Source: the human T2T-CHM13v2.0 reference genome, Homo sapiens. From it: a stretch of DNA of 64,000 bases. The stretch's first letter is position 1. Each line of letters starts with the position of its first letter. Shown here piece after piece: positions 63,066-64,000 of the stretch. The translations under genes and the position numbers were made by a program. The stretch lies in NCBI RefSeq assembly GCF_009914755.1, contig NC_060929.1; one strand, given 5' to 3'. The notes beneath the pieces are model-generated. The model was not told the DNA's origin, did no database searches, and saw only the letters and a list, made by a program, of their open reading frames with translations.

Positions 63066-63235
63066 TTTCATTTCCCTTTTGAAAAAATTTCTACATAAAT
63101 GTTTTTAATAATTAATACTCTTAAGCTTTGTATGTTTGATATATATAAAATGTTAACTGACTGATACATTTGGCCAATTCTTTGTGAATAAGTTTTCTTA
63201 AGCAATATACTATAGACAATATCAAAGTGTTATCA

Positions 63236-63649
<414 letters not shown>

Positions 63650-63657
63650 CTACCACC

Positions 63658-64000
63658 TGTGATGGCCCAAGTTGTGTACCCACAAAACTCCTCTGTTGAA
63701 GTCTAACCCCAAGTACTTCAGAATGTGATCTTATTTGGAATAGGATCTTTACAGAAGTACCAGCTGAGGTTACAGGTCCAGCTGAGGTTGTTGGAATGGG
63801 TCTTAATCTGATAAGACTGGTATTCTTACAAAAAGAGGGAATTTGAACACATAAAGAGAAGCCAGGAATGTACAGGCACAGAACAAAGGCCAGATGATGA
63901 CACAGCAAGAAGGCAGCTGTCTGCAAGCCATGTTGAGAGGCTTCACCAGAAACCAGCCCTGCCAGTACCCAGATCTTGGACTTCCAGCCTCCAGAACTGT
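63658..64000 (+). mobile_element. MLT1A/B-like MaLR LTR, running off the window end
   Basis: tgttgaagtctaaccccaagtacttcagaatgtgatcttatttggaataggatcttt...atcttggacttccagcctccagaactgt. Confidence 0.88.

Overview
This window is primate, most likely human, nuclear DNA, judged from AluY/S/J, L1PA, THE1/MST/MLT, MER and Tigger elements. It is not prokaryotic. I find no credible protein-coding gene, tRNA, rRNA or CRISPR array. The ORF track is explained by Alu/L1/LTR remnants, minisatellites and chance in GC-rich sequence. The region reads as intergenic or deep intronic. Its many minisatellites and the GC-shifted old repeats suggest a distal (subtelomere-proximal) location, but I cannot name the locus. 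The most informative structure is a nested stack at 37069-41604. An MLT2 LTR is split by a Tigger3 DNA transposon, which is itself split by a ~2.1 kb TSD-flanked insertion. That insertion looks like an L1PA15/16-type retrotransposition with a 5' inversion and a 3' transduction carrying an older L1M piece and ~370 bp of non-repeat DNA. The 3' end of the MLT2 was later amplified into an ABAB array. Other points of interest are several minisatellites with higher-order structure, a telomere-like G-quadruplex tract, and two repeat-free motif clusters that may be enhancers. Repeat subfamily names come from recalled consensus sequences and need RepeatMasker/Dfam confirmation. Boundaries of old elements are approximate.
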